A stretch of 64,000 nt of DNA, taken from positions 68,775-132,774 of the forward strand of contig LCMS01000004.1 of assembly GCA_001002765.1 (NCBI GenBank), read 5' to 3'. The notes under the pieces are model-generated. The model was not told the DNA's origin, ran no database searches, and saw nothing but the letters and a program-made list of their open reading frames with translations. The translations under genes and the position numbers were made by a program. Position 1 is the first letter of the stretch; every line of letters starts with the position of its first letter. Positions 29,388-38,976 of this stretch are shown here, one piece after another. This stretch comes from Candidatus Uhrbacteria bacterium GW2011_GWE2_46_68 (GTDB lineage: Bacteria > Patescibacteriota > Patescibacteriia > UBA9934 > GWF2-40-263).

Positions 29388-29782
29388 CCCGAGCATTATT
29401 AGAACAAGTGCGCAATTTGCAGATTCCTTTGGGATCGTATGTCTTGTTTGGTAGCGCACCTATGGGGGTGCGGGGTATGAGGGAAATAAAGGGCGTTGAC
29501 ATAGTTGTGATTCCCGAAGTATTTGAAGATTTTAAAAAAAAGCCAGATTGGGTTTTTGAAATAAAGCCAAACGGATCAGAATGTTTGCGTCAAGGATCGC
29601 TCGAGATGTTTCATGGATGGTGGCCGGGGGAGTGGGATGTGGCAAAACTCATTGCCGAGGCTGATCTATTGGAAGGGTTGCCATTTGTGCGATTGGAAGA
29701 AGTGAAACGATGGAAGCAGATGAGAAATTCCGATAAAGATAAAGTTGATCTTCAGCTCATCGCGTCTTATCAAGGTCTATGA
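29384..29782 (+). CDS. nucleotidyltransferase-fold protein (hypothetical)
   Basis: LFGSAPMGVRGMREIKGVDIVVI resembles the hG[GS]...D.D minimal NTase motif. Weak. Confidence 0.35.
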   Translation: MTRALLEQVRNLQIPLGSYVLFGSAPMGVRGMREIKGVDIVVIPEVFEDFKKKPDWVFEIKPNGSECLRQGSLEMFHGWWPGEWDVAKLIAEADLLEGLPFVRLEEVKRWKQMRNSDKDKVDLQLIASYQGL

Positions 29783-30222
29783 AAATTACGATTTGCGGGA
29801 GCATCGCTTTTTTTGAGGAGATGTTAGTTGCCAAAGCGCAACTCGAAACAAGCGGACATGAAGTGAAAATGCCACCCACTCATGTGGCGGATGAAAACGG
29901 TTCTCTGATTCCCATTGCTGAATACTATCGCCTCCGTAAAGCCGATCATCCTGCTGATTGGATTTGGGAGCGCAAGTGTGAAGCCATGAAGTGGCACTTT
30001 GAAAAAATAATGTGGGCTGATGCCGTTCTTGTGCTTAACCATGAAAAGAAAGGAATTCCGGGTTATGTGGGTGCTAATACACTCATTGAAATGGGACTTG
30101 CCATGTATCTTGATAAACCCATTTATTTGCTTCATCCGATCCCGGAGATGGACAGTAAAGAAGAACTATTAGGCATGAAGCCCATTATTTTAAATGGCAT
30201 ACTATCTTCCCTATGCGTGTAG
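29779..30222 (+). CDS. nucleoside 2-deoxyribosyltransferase-like protein
   Basis: MKITICGS start and overall pattern resemble the NDT/Rcl-like fold. Weak. Confidence 0.35.
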   Translation: MKITICGSIAFFEEMLVAKAQLETSGHEVKMPPTHVADENGSLIPIAEYYRLRKADHPADWIWERKCEAMKWHFEKIMWADAVLVLNHEKKGIPGYVGANTLIEMGLAMYLDKPIYLLHPIPEMDSKEELLGMKPIILNGILSSLCV

Positions 30223-30479
30223 TCCATAAAAAAGTTTGGCCTGTTTATTTTGAAAGCCTTTTGTCCGGTAAAAAAACGTTTGAGTTACGGTTGAATGATT
30301 TTGAAATCGAAGAAGGTGACACCTTGGTCTTGGAAGAATGGGATCCGCAAACAAAAACATATACTGGTCGCACTTTGGAAAAAGTCGTGACTTATGTGGG
30401 GAAATTCCGTATAGACGATTTGTTCTGGCCCAAAGAGGAGATTGAAGAAAAGGGATTGCAGATCATTTCCCTTCAATAA
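30213..30479 (+). CDS. ASCH-like DUF3850 domain protein
   Basis: HKKVWPVYFESLLSGKKTFELRLNDFEIEEGDTLVLEE matches DUF3850 (ASCH superfamily). Confidence 0.5.
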   Translation: MRVVHKKVWPVYFESLLSGKKTFELRLNDFEIEEGDTLVLEEWDPQTKTYTGRTLEKVVTYVGKFRIDDLFWPKEEIEEKGLQIISLQ

Positions 30480-30482
30480 AAA

Positions 30483-30518
30483 AACACCCCGATTGATAAG
30501 TCGGAGTGTTTTTTTTGT
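30483..30518. terminator. bidirectional rho-independent terminator (nucleotide operon / copA)
   Basis: AAAAACACCCCGA-ttgataag-TCGGAGTGTTTTTTTT; A-run and T-run flank the hairpin. Confidence 0.65.
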
Positions 30519-30541
30519 TTTCCAAGACGAACAACACTTTT

Positions 30542-32713
30542 TTATCTTCGTAGTCGCAGCGAATTAAGCACAACGGAGACCGAAGAAAATGCCATGGCTG
30601 CGGAGGCGATGATCGGGGTCAAAAATCCAAGCGCTGCAAAGGGAATCGCCAACACATTATAGAGAAACGCCCAAAAAAGATTTTGTTTGATGATGCGATA
30701 AGTGCGTTGCGCCAGAACGATTGCTTGCGGAACTTTTAAAGGATCGCTTCCGATAATCACCATGTGTCCGGCTTCAAGCGCGATATCGGTTCCACTTCCC
30801 ATGGCGATCCCCAAATCCGCTTGTGTGAGCGCAGGCGCATCATTGATTCCATCTCCCACGAAGGCCACATGTTTTCCCTGTGCCTGCGCTTGCTTTACCA
30901 GATCAAGTTTTTGTTCGGGAAAAACTTGAGCGAAAATATGCGTCATACCCAATGGTTGTGCAATCGCTTCCGCGACTTCTTTTTTGTCGCCTGTCAACAT
31001 AGCTGTCTCGATATGACGCGTGTGTAATTCTTGCACCGTTTTTATCGCGGTGTCCCTGATCTGATCGCGAAGCGCAAAGAGACCGGCAATTTCTTGTTCT
31101 TTTGCAAAAATAAGAACGGTGCATCCTTCTTTGTGCCAGGCGCGTATGGTTTTTTCCAAAGCGGGAAGGATCGGGATTCCCATTTCTTCCATCCATGCGC
31201 GTTGCCCTAAGTGATAGAGATTATTTTGTATATTTCCCTGCACGCCCTTGGCTGTGACAGACAAGAAATGGTCGACAGGAAGCAGTGAAATTTTCTCTTT
31301 TTGTGCATGAGAGGCCAATGCCAAAGAAAGCGGATGAGAGGAGAAATGTGCAAGACTTGCAGCGTGCTGCAGAAGATCAGAGTCAGATCCCCGGAGGGTT
31401 TGCACGTGTACGATTGTGGGTTTTCCTTGGGTAAGTGTGCCCGTTTTATCAAAGAACACTTTTGAAATGTTTCGCGCGCGTTCAAGCGCCTCGCCGCTTT
31501 TGATAAGTATTCCTTGTCGCGCTCCATGTCCGGTTCCAACCAAGATGGCTGTGGGGGTGGCAAGACCCAAGGCACAAGGACAAGCGATAACCAAGACGGC
31601 AATGGCAGGAATCAAAGATGTGGTCACATCTTTTGTGATAAAAAACCAAACAATAAATGTCGAAAACGCAAGACCTAAAACCACGGGGACAAAGACAGCA
31701 GACACACGATCTGCGAGTGCTTGAATGGGCGCGCGTTTCATTTGCGCGTCTTGCATGAGTTTTACAATGCGCGCCATCAGGGTTTCTCCTGCGGGTTTTG
31801 TCACTTCTAAGGTCAGACTTCCGTCTTGATTGATTGTGGATGCAAAAACAGTATCCCCGATCTGTTTTGTTACGGGAATACTTTCGCCAGTGAGAGCAGA
31901 TTCATCCACGTTTGAGACTCCGGATTGCACCACAGCATCGGAAGGAATTTTCTCTCCGGGTTTGACCAACACACGATCTCCCACACGAATTTGTTCGGGT
32001 GGAATATCTCGTGTGCTACCATCCTGTTCAAGTAGATGTGCTTGCTTGGCTCCCAAAGAAAGGAGACCTTGCAAGGCTTCGCCAGCCTTTCCTTTGCTGC
32101 GGGCCTCCAGGGCTTTTCCCAGTAAGATGAAAAAAGTGATGATGGCCGCGGTTTCAAAATAGCGATGTGTCTCCACAAAAACCGCCCACCAACTTGAGAC
32201 AAGAGAAACAAGGGTGCCCAGCGAAATCAGAGCATCCATGCCGGCCGTGAATCGTCGCGCTTGTTGGAAAGCGACTTTATGAAAGATAAATCCCGTTCCA
32301 AGAACCGCAACAGAAGCGAGTATTCCTTCAAACCAAGGAAGGATCATTGAGGGGAGAGGAAGAAACCCCATAGCAGAAAGAAAAACGGGGAGAGCGAGTA
32401 TTCCCGAGAGTAAAGCGCGGCGATCGGCTTGTCTGCGCTCGCGTGCAAACGGGACGGCTCCATGATCATGTCCTTCCATGCCCGTATGTTTTTCTTGCGA
32501 AGCGGAATGAGAAGGAACTTGATATCCTTCTTGCTCGACTATTTTGTGTAATGCATGAATGTCTACGTTATCGTCTGCGTTGACTTGAGCTTGTTGCAAG
32601 GCATAATTTACACGTGCTTCTTTTATACCAGGATGTTTGGAGAGTTGTTGTTGAATGCGCACAGCACAAGAAGCGCAGTGCATACCTTCAATGGGAAAGT
32701 TGTAAGTTTTCAT
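30542..32713 (-). CDS. copA: copper-translocating P-type ATPase
   Basis: N-terminal HMA (GMHCASCAVRI), CPC motif (ACPCALGLATP), DKTGTLT, GDGINDAPAL. Confidence 0.9.
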   Translation of the reverse strand: MKTYNFPIEGMHCASCAVRIQQQLSKHPGIKEARVNYALQQAQVNADDNVDIHALHKIVEQEGYQVPSHSASQEKHTGMEGHDHGAVPFARERRQADRRALLSGILALPVFLSAMGFLPLPSMILPWFEGILASVAVLGTGFIFHKVAFQQARRFTAGMDALISLGTLVSLVSSWWAVFVETHRYFETAAIITFFILLGKALEARSKGKAGEALQGLLSLGAKQAHLLEQDGSTRDIPPEQIRVGDRVLVKPGEKIPSDAVVQSGVSNVDESALTGESIPVTKQIGDTVFASTINQDGSLTLEVTKPAGETLMARIVKLMQDAQMKRAPIQALADRVSAVFVPVVLGLAFSTFIVWFFITKDVTTSLIPAIAVLVIACPCALGLATPTAILVGTGHGARQGILIKSGEALERARNISKVFFDKTGTLTQGKPTIVHVQTLRGSDSDLLQHAASLAHFSSHPLSLALASHAQKEKISLLPVDHFLSVTAKGVQGNIQNNLYHLGQRAWMEEMGIPILPALEKTIRAWHKEGCTVLIFAKEQEIAGLFALRDQIRDTAIKTVQELHTRHIETAMLTGDKKEVAEAIAQPLGMTHIFAQVFPEQKLDLVKQAQAQGKHVAFVGDGINDAPALTQADLGIAMGSGTDIALEAGHMVIIGSDPLKVPQAIVLAQRTYRIIKQNLFWAFLYNVLAIPFAALGFLTPIIASAAMAFSSVSVVLNSLRLRR

Positions 32714-32718
32714 AAAAA

Positions 32719-32740
32719 GGGGTCAGGTCGTGAATCGTAG
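32719..32740 (+). repeat. REP element GGGGTCAGGTCGTGAATCGTAG (identical to rayT left flank)
   Basis: Exact 22-nt match to 56388-56409, in the 37-nt gap between copA and the HMA protein gene. Confidence 0.8.
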
Positions 32741-32750
32741 CGTTTATGTT

Positions 32751-34031
32751 TTAATCTTCGACGATAAGCGTCCCGCGCACCATGCCCATAGAGCAACTAA
32801 AGGTAAATGTTCCGGTACGATCCGGAGTAAAGGTGATAGTGTTTACTCCTTTTTGCAGGGGCATAAAGATATCGAAGGCAGAGAGGATAAGAGAATCTGC
32901 ACACCCTACGCGATCCGCGCGATCAATTTCCCATACCACGGGAATATTTTTTTTCACGGTGAATACATCGGGGTCATAGCTGCCATACGGAGTCACTTTC
33001 ATACGAATGGTTTGTGTCTCTTCCGTTTGTATCGCTGTTGTCGTTTCTCCCCATGTGGGCCAAGCGCTTAGGAGCAATAAACCGTTTTGCGCAGTTTGAA
33101 TGCTCAATGCCAGCGCGATTGCTCCGGCTCCTAACGTTGCCCACACGCGCACACTTCCCTTGATAGAGGTAAAAAAGATCCCAATTCCAAGGAGTGCCGG
33201 AAGCGTTCCCAAGACAAAAAGCCCAAGAGCAAGAGCTGAGAGCCACGGATTCCCAAGTGATAACGCATAGAGCTGCATGGCTTGAGTGAATCCGCAAGGA
33301 AGGAAAAAAGTGAGCGCTCCGGCCATCCATGCTCCTTTTGGATGCCCCAAAGGAAAGAGGCGTTTGATAAACATAGGGAAGGATGCAGGAGTTTTGAGGT
33401 GAAAAGACGGAGGCAACCACTGTACCAAGCGCAAACCGAGAAAGAACAAAAGAATGGCGATTCCAATGAGAAGAAAGCCGTTGATCGTTGGAGAGAGATG
33501 CACGGTAGATCCCAACGTGCCAATCAAAAATCCAAAAAAGACAAAGCTTGTCAGACGGCCTGCATGAAATTTAAGATGGAATTTCCACGGATGATTGAAC
33601 TTTGAGGCGGATCCCATGGCACTCGAGAGACTGGCAAGAATCCCTGCAAGCAAGGCGGAACAGGTGGAGAAAGAAGCGAGGATTCCTATACCAAGAATGC
33701 TTAATAACGGAAGAGTCCGTGATGGATCAAGAGAAGGAGAGGAAGTAAACGGAAGGAGAAACCAAAGAACGATCAAAGCCAGAACAAAAAGAATTCGTTT
33801 TGGCGATACGCGAAATTTTACGGGCGCGTTTGAGAGACGATACCCAAGAGGGGACAAGAGAGATTCAATCTCCTTTGATGTGTACACACGATCTGCTGTG
33901 AGATGAATTTGCTGAGTGTGAAGATTGACCGTAATTTCTTGAACGCTTGAAAGTGCACGCAAGGTTTGCGCGATGGTAATCTCGCAGCTGGAACAATGCA
34001 TGCCTTGGACATGAAAGATTTGTTTGGACAT
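32751..34031 (-). CDS. heavy-metal-associated (HMA) domain membrane protein with C-terminal cupredoxin-like domain
   Basis: N-terminal GMHCSSCEITI HMA motif, ~8 TM helices, C-terminal beta-rich VTPYGSYDPDVFTVKKNIPVVWEI...FSCSMGM cupredoxin-like module. Confidence 0.55.
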   Translation of the reverse strand: MSKQIFHVQGMHCSSCEITIAQTLRALSSVQEITVNLHTQQIHLTADRVYTSKEIESLLSPLGYRLSNAPVKFRVSPKRILFVLALIVLWFLLPFTSSPSLDPSRTLPLLSILGIGILASFSTCSALLAGILASLSSAMGSASKFNHPWKFHLKFHAGRLTSFVFFGFLIGTLGSTVHLSPTINGFLLIGIAILLFFLGLRLVQWLPPSFHLKTPASFPMFIKRLFPLGHPKGAWMAGALTFFLPCGFTQAMQLYALSLGNPWLSALALGLFVLGTLPALLGIGIFFTSIKGSVRVWATLGAGAIALALSIQTAQNGLLLLSAWPTWGETTTAIQTEETQTIRMKVTPYGSYDPDVFTVKKNIPVVWEIDRADRVGCADSLILSAFDIFMPLQKGVNTITFTPDRTGTFTFSCSMGMVRGTLIVED

Positions 34032-34493
34032 AAAAATGAATAGAAAAAAATAAAGATGCGCCCTTTTTTCTATTCACGTTTTTGAATCGCTAAATGACGA
34101 GAGAGAGTTGAAAGTGGCGGGGGGACGGCATCGGTAAAAAGAGGATCGAGCAAAGGAAGAAACGCATGGTGGAATACGACAGAAAATATCGAAGTTCTTT
34201 GGAAGAGGTGGAGGAGGACATCCGCTTGAGGAGGATTTTGATAGTCTTGAGAAAGACAATGAAAGAGACAATTCGTCGCCGGAGAAGGAGGTGGAGGGGT
34301 GTTTGATGTTTGGTGGCAAGAAGAAATGGGAGGAGGGGTTTGTGTATCTGCCGGGGCAGAGGCGGGAATCACTAAAAACCATCCTGCAAGATGCAGAGTA
34401 AAAGCCAAACAAAGAATCCAAGAGGTGTGGCGCATAAACAGAATTATATCGCAGAGAACGGTGAATGAAAAACGGAGCGTAAGTTTTGCTCTA

Positions 34494-34672
34494 TAGTCCT
34501 CACATCATGAAACAGGATTTATCCATCCAGAGGGATGGCGGTCTGCTTGTCTTTCGCGTAGAAAAATTCTCAATGTATCTACGGATACATCTGCGGTTTT
34601 TCTACGCTCCAAGACGGCGCATCCCATCCATTCCTCTGGCGTCTAAAGTCCCGTTTCATAATGTGAGGACTA
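34494..34672. repeat. 179-nt rod-like palindromic element (20-bp terminal inverted repeat, nested 11-bp inverted repeat, multiple complementary internal segments)
   Basis: TAGTCCTCACATCATGAAAC (34494-34513) vs GTTTCATAATGTGAGGACTA (34653-34672), 19/20 complementary. GCGTAGAAAAA (34556-34566) vs TTTTTCTACGC (34597-34607). GGGATGGCGGTCTGCTTG on the left pairs with CAAGACGGCGCATCCC on the right. Confidence 0.6.
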
Positions 34673-34709
34673 TGGAATTATTCCTCCCAGTTCGCTATGC
34701 TGGCAGCGT

Positions 34710-35906
34710 ATGAATACACAAACGTATCCAACGATCAGGCTGCGCGCAGAGCGCGAACGCAGCACCTTGGCCAGGCACCCATGGATTTTTTCACAAGCCG
34801 TCCATTCTTTGGATACCGAAGTGAGACACGGCGATCTTGTACAAGTGGAATCCTGGGAAGGAGAAGTGATTGGAGTGGGAACATTTTCCGAATCCTCTTC
34901 GATTGTCGTGAGGATTTTTTCTTTTACTCCCTGTACGATCGATGAAACGTGGATGGAGGAAAAGATTTTGGAAGCGGATGCGCGGCGCAAAAAAGCAGGG
35001 GTGACGGGTGAACACACCGACGGATATCGTGTGGTATTTGGAGAGGCCGACGATCTTCCGGGAATCGTTATTGACCGGTATCGCACGGTGTGTGTGTTGC
35101 AACTTTCAACTGCCGGAGCGGATCGTTTGCGCGAGATGATCGTGCAAGCACTTGAGAAAATATTTCATCCCGCAGCGATCGTAGAGCGCAGTGATATGCC
35201 TTCGCGTAAAGAGGAACGACTGGAACCCGTTGTTTCCGTTCTCCACGGGACACTTCCCAAGAAAATTCTTTTTTCTGAAGAGGGAATTGAATATCTGGCC
35301 GATCCCTTGGAAGGACAAAAAACAGGATTTTTTTTAGATCAACGACCTTTACGCACCTGGCTTCTTCAAAACGCTCATGGTCGTGTGCTTAATCTTTTCA
35401 GTTATTCCGGCGCGTTAGGCATTGCCGCGATCAAAGGTGGAGCAGCGTCTGTGTTGAACGTTGATGTCAGTGCTTCGGCTTTGGAACTCTGTAAAAAACA
35501 GGCGAAGCTCCACAAAATTGATCCGGACGTTTTTCAAACTGAAGAAGCGGACGTGTTCCAATACCTCGGAAAAACCACAGACGAGCTTTTTGATATGGTC
35601 GTTTTGGATCCGCCGGCGCTCATCAAATCACGTAAAGATATGGAGGAAGGACGTAAGGCCTATCACTTTCTCAATCGCGCGGCTATGCGCTTGGTCAAAC
35701 CCGGAGGCATCTTTCTTTCCTCGAGTTGTTCCTATTATTTTTCTTTTGAAGATATGTTTACAACTCTTCGTCGCGCTTCGCTTCAAAATAAACGCACGTT
35801 TCATATTTTTTCTTCCTTTCCTCAACCTGCAGATCATCCCGCTTCACTGTATTTTCCCGAGTCCGCTTATCTCAAAACGATTATGGGAGAGATGGGGGAG
35901 AGTTGA
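34710..35906 (+). CDS. rlmI: 23S rRNA m5C methyltransferase RlmI-like (PUA + class I SAM MTase)
   Basis: N-terminal PUA-like region; VLNLFSYSGALGIAAIKGG SAM-binding; DPPA motif (VLDPPALIKS). Confidence 0.7.
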   Translation: MNTQTYPTIRLRAERERSTLARHPWIFSQAVHSLDTEVRHGDLVQVESWEGEVIGVGTFSESSSIVVRIFSFTPCTIDETWMEEKILEADARRKKAGVTGEHTDGYRVVFGEADDLPGIVIDRYRTVCVLQLSTAGADRLREMIVQALEKIFHPAAIVERSDMPSRKEERLEPVVSVLHGTLPKKILFSEEGIEYLADPLEGQKTGFFLDQRPLRTWLLQNAHGRVLNLFSYSGALGIAAIKGGAASVLNVDVSASALELCKKQAKLHKIDPDVFQTEEADVFQYLGKTTDELFDMVVLDPPALIKSRKDMEEGRKAYHFLNRAAMRLVKPGGIFLSSSCSYYFSFEDMFTTLRRASLQNKRTFHIFSSFPQPADHPASLYFPESAYLKTIMGEMGES

Positions 35907-35951
35907 GAGAATGGGAGAAATAAAATTTTCAATTTTTAATATTCAATTTTT

Positions 35952-36275
35952 ATGAAAAAACTTTCTTTTCCTCTGACGGGGTTTTTGCAGGCATTGGGTG
36001 TGGTTGGTTATATCGCGCTTGTAGGTAGTTTTATACATCTTTTAGAATCCACCAACGTATCACAGACCCCTCCCGCCTTTATCGGTATCATGTTGATGTT
36101 ATTGCTGCTCGTTTTCTCCGCAGGAATCACGGGAACCCTTGTCTTTGGATATCCTGTCTATCTTGCTTTGCAAAAGCAGTGGAAGGAAGCTGTCTTGGTT
36201 ACTGCCTACACATTCGCCTCTTTATTCCTCATGGGTTTTTTGCTTGTGATATCCATGTTTTTATTTTGGTCTTAA
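35952..36275 (+). CDS. small membrane protein (3 TM), hypothetical
   Basis: Hydrophobic 107-aa ORF upstream of the ZIP transporter. Confidence 0.35.
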   Translation: MKKLSFPLTGFLQALGVVGYIALVGSFIHLLESTNVSQTPPAFIGIMLMLLLLVFSAGITGTLVFGYPVYLALQKQWKEAVLVTAYTFASLFLMGFLLVISMFLFWS

Positions 36276-36278
36276 TCT

Positions 36279-37064
36279 ATGCTCATCTCCATTCTTTTGG
36301 CTACGCTTGCGATCAGCTTTCTTTCTTTGATCGGCGTTTTGACTTTGGTGGTTTCCAAAACATCTCTGGATCGTCTTTTGCTTTTTTTGATCGCACTTGC
36401 GGCCGGAGGACTCATGGGTGGCGCGTTTCTTCATTTGATTCCCGAATCCATAGAACTCGCAGAGGAGATGACAGGAAACTCTCATGCTGCACTCGAGCAA
36501 GTGTTTCTTTTTTTAATCGGCGGGTTTTGTTTATTTCTTTTTTTGGAACAAGGCCTGCATTGGCACCATCAACATGGTCGCGTCCATGAAGGACATACGT
36601 GTGATAAAAAACCGCTTTCTTATCTTATTTTGTTTGGAGACGGGGTACACAATTTGATTGACGGGCTTGTCATTGCCGCTTCTTTTTTAGTGAGTCCTTT
36701 GACCGGATGGATCACAACCGTCGCGGTCGCTTTGCACGAAATTCCTCAAGAAATGGGAGATTTTGGTGTATTGGTGTATGGAGGATTCAAACGTTCGCGC
36801 GCGTTATTTTTTAATCTTCTTTCCGGTTTGACCGCGGTCTTGGGTGGAGTGATCGGTTATTTTTTTGCCGGACGATCAGAAGCTTTCATGCTCTATCTTC
36901 TTCCTGTGGCTGCCGGAGGATTCTTATATCTGGCGGCATCTGATTTGATACCCGAAATCAAGCATGAACATCAAGAAGGAAAGAAAGTGTTTGCTTATTT
37001 TTTGACGTTTCTTTTAGGGATCGCCATTGTTTGGATGATGCGATTTCTTCCGATCGAACATTAG
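36279..37064 (+). CDS. ZIP family zinc/iron transporter (ZupT-like)
   Basis: GDGVHNLIDGLVIAASF and HEIPQEMGDFGVL are ZIP signature regions. Confidence 0.75.
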   Translation: MLISILLATLAISFLSLIGVLTLVVSKTSLDRLLLFLIALAAGGLMGGAFLHLIPESIELAEEMTGNSHAALEQVFLFLIGGFCLFLFLEQGLHWHHQHGRVHEGHTCDKKPLSYLILFGDGVHNLIDGLVIAASFLVSPLTGWITTVAVALHEIPQEMGDFGVLVYGGFKRSRALFFNLLSGLTAVLGGVIGYFFAGRSEAFMLYLLPVAAGGFLYLAASDLIPEIKHEHQEGKKVFAYFLTFLLGIAIVWMMRFLPIEH

Positions 37065-37080
37065 CGTATAATAGTGACGT

Positions 37081-38973
37081 ATGTTTATACGTTCTTGGAT
37101 GCGTCATTGGTGGTTTTGGACCATGATCGTTGCGATCGCTCTTGTGAGCGTTGGTATCGTGTACGCATTTGTAAAACCGCAAGATGTTTCTTGGCAAACA
37201 CATCGCATCACTTTGAGCACATTCACTCAAACCGTGGAAGTTTCCGGAGAGCTTGAATCCATTGATGAAGTTGAGCTCTCTTTTGATTTATCCGGTACGC
37301 TCGATCAGGCTGTGGTGCGGGTGGGTGATGAAGTCCAAGCCGGAGATCTTTTGGCGTATTTGGAAAGCGATGAGTTGATTGCAGATGTGCAAAGCGCTTA
37401 TCAAGCCGTGCTGGTGGCGCAAGCAAACCTTACACAAAAACAAGCCGGTTCCACATCAGAGGCTATTGCCTTGGCACAGGCAAATGTGGTTTCTGCGGAA
37501 GCCGTGCAACAAGCCGCGCAAGTCGCTTTAGAAAATGCACTGGTGGATTTGATTCATGCGCAAGCGAAAGCCGCAGCTACGATCGCGAGCGCAGAGGCTG
37601 CGCTTCAGACAGCGACCGATACTTACACAAACACGGTAGACTCTTTGGAAGAAGATGTGGATCAATCCTATGAGGATATGGTGAATGCGCTCTGGTCTTC
37701 GATGATTGAGGTGCGTAATGCCATCTCGGATGCCGATGAAGTGTTGGGGGTGCAAAACTCTACAGGCAATGATGATTATGAATTGGCGCTTGGTGTTCTT
37801 GATTTGCAAACCGTGGGGGATGCGGAAACAGCGTTTTATTATGCGCAGGAAAGTCGCGATGCGATTGAGTCTACGGTTTTTTCTTTGACGTTTGACAGTG
37901 ATCGAGTGTTGATCGATTCCATGATTTTTTCTGTGCAAGAAGCGCTTGAGGATGCCGGGCTTTTGCTTTGGCACACCCGTCAGGTTTTAGAGGCCACCGT
38001 ACCGACCGCGGATTTTACAGCTGCCGAACTTTCCGCTCTTAAAGATACGATTGATGCCAGTCGCAATGCGATTCAAACCGATCAATCCGCACTTCTTGTT
38101 GCGGATCAAGCTTTGCAAAGCGCGCTGATCGCACAAGAGTCTGATAGGGAGGCTTCACAAAACGCATTAACCGAGGCGAAGCGTAATGAAGAAAGCGTGC
38201 GTGTTACGCAAGAAGGCGCAGTGGCGACAGCCGAGGCCGCTGTGCGAACATCCGAGGCAACGCTTGCGATACGCACAGCAGATGTGCTTTCCGCAAAAGC
38301 GTCTTTGGCACAAACTGAGGCACTTCCTCGCTCGATTGATCTGGCTGCCTTGGGGTCTGAAGTGGAGCGCGCACAGGCAACCTATCAGGCGGCCGAAGCA
38401 CGTTTGGCTAAAGCCGAGATTCGTTCTCCTATTGATGGAAAAGTAAGCGATATTGCGTATAAAAATGGCGAGCAAGTTCTCGCCGCTTCGGGGGTCGTGA
38501 CCGTGCAGACGGTGGGCGATCAATACCGTGTGGTGGCTTCAGTGACGGAATCTGATATTTCAAAAATTGAAATAGGAGATCGGGCACAGGTAACGTTTGA
38601 TGCGCTGGGAAATGATATTTTTTCTTCCGCAACCGTGACCGAAATTGATCCTGCAGAGACGATGATCGAGGGGGTGGTCTATTATGAGGTGACTTTGTAC
38701 CTCAACGACGATGCCTCTGCGTTTGCATTAAAACCGGGTATGTCGGTGGATATGGATATTCGTACTTTGGAAGAAACCGATGCGATTGCTGTTCCTCAGC
38801 GCGCGGTTTTAACAAAGACGACAGGAGAAAAATATGTACGCGTGGTGATAGGATCGGGATCCTATGAAGAGCGCGTGGTTACAACAGGTTCTTTGGGAGA
38901 TGCGGGAATGATTCGCGTTTTGTTTGGTCTATCCGCAGGAGAAGAAATCATCCTCAAGCTCAATGGAAAATAA
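37081..38973 (+). CDS. HlyD-family periplasmic adaptor (membrane fusion protein) with extended coiled-coil
   Basis: N-terminal TM, long Ala/Gln-rich coiled-coil, C-terminal beta-barrel (VTFDALG..., PGMSVDMDIRT). Operonic with the MacB-type ABC genes. Confidence 0.6.
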   Translation: MFIRSWMRHWWFWTMIVAIALVSVGIVYAFVKPQDVSWQTHRITLSTFTQTVEVSGELESIDEVELSFDLSGTLDQAVVRVGDEVQAGDLLAYLESDELIADVQSAYQAVLVAQANLTQKQAGSTSEAIALAQANVVSAEAVQQAAQVALENALVDLIHAQAKAAATIASAEAALQTATDTYTNTVDSLEEDVDQSYEDMVNALWSSMIEVRNAISDADEVLGVQNSTGNDDYELALGVLDLQTVGDAETAFYYAQESRDAIESTVFSLTFDSDRVLIDSMIFSVQEALEDAGLLLWHTRQVLEATVPTADFTAAELSALKDTIDASRNAIQTDQSALLVADQALQSALIAQESDREASQNALTEAKRNEESVRVTQEGAVATAEAAVRTSEATLAIRTADVLSAKASLAQTEALPRSIDLAALGSEVERAQATYQAAEARLAKAEIRSPIDGKVSDIAYKNGEQVLAASGVVTVQTVGDQYRVVASVTESDISKIEIGDRAQVTFDALGNDIFSSATVTEIDPAETMIEGVVYYEVTLYLNDDASAFALKPGMSVDMDIRTLEETDAIAVPQRAVLTKTTGEKYVRVVIGSGSYEERVVTTGSLGDAGMIRVLFGLSAGEEIILKLNGK

Positions 38974-38976
38974 TAC

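Noticed and set aside
34070-34435. Two overlapping minus-strand ORFs (121 and 115 aa) downstream of the HMA gene, one with a signal-peptide-like N-terminus
   Set aside because: Pro/Ser-rich low-complexity translation and mutual overlap; no way to choose a frame without homology. Not called as genes.
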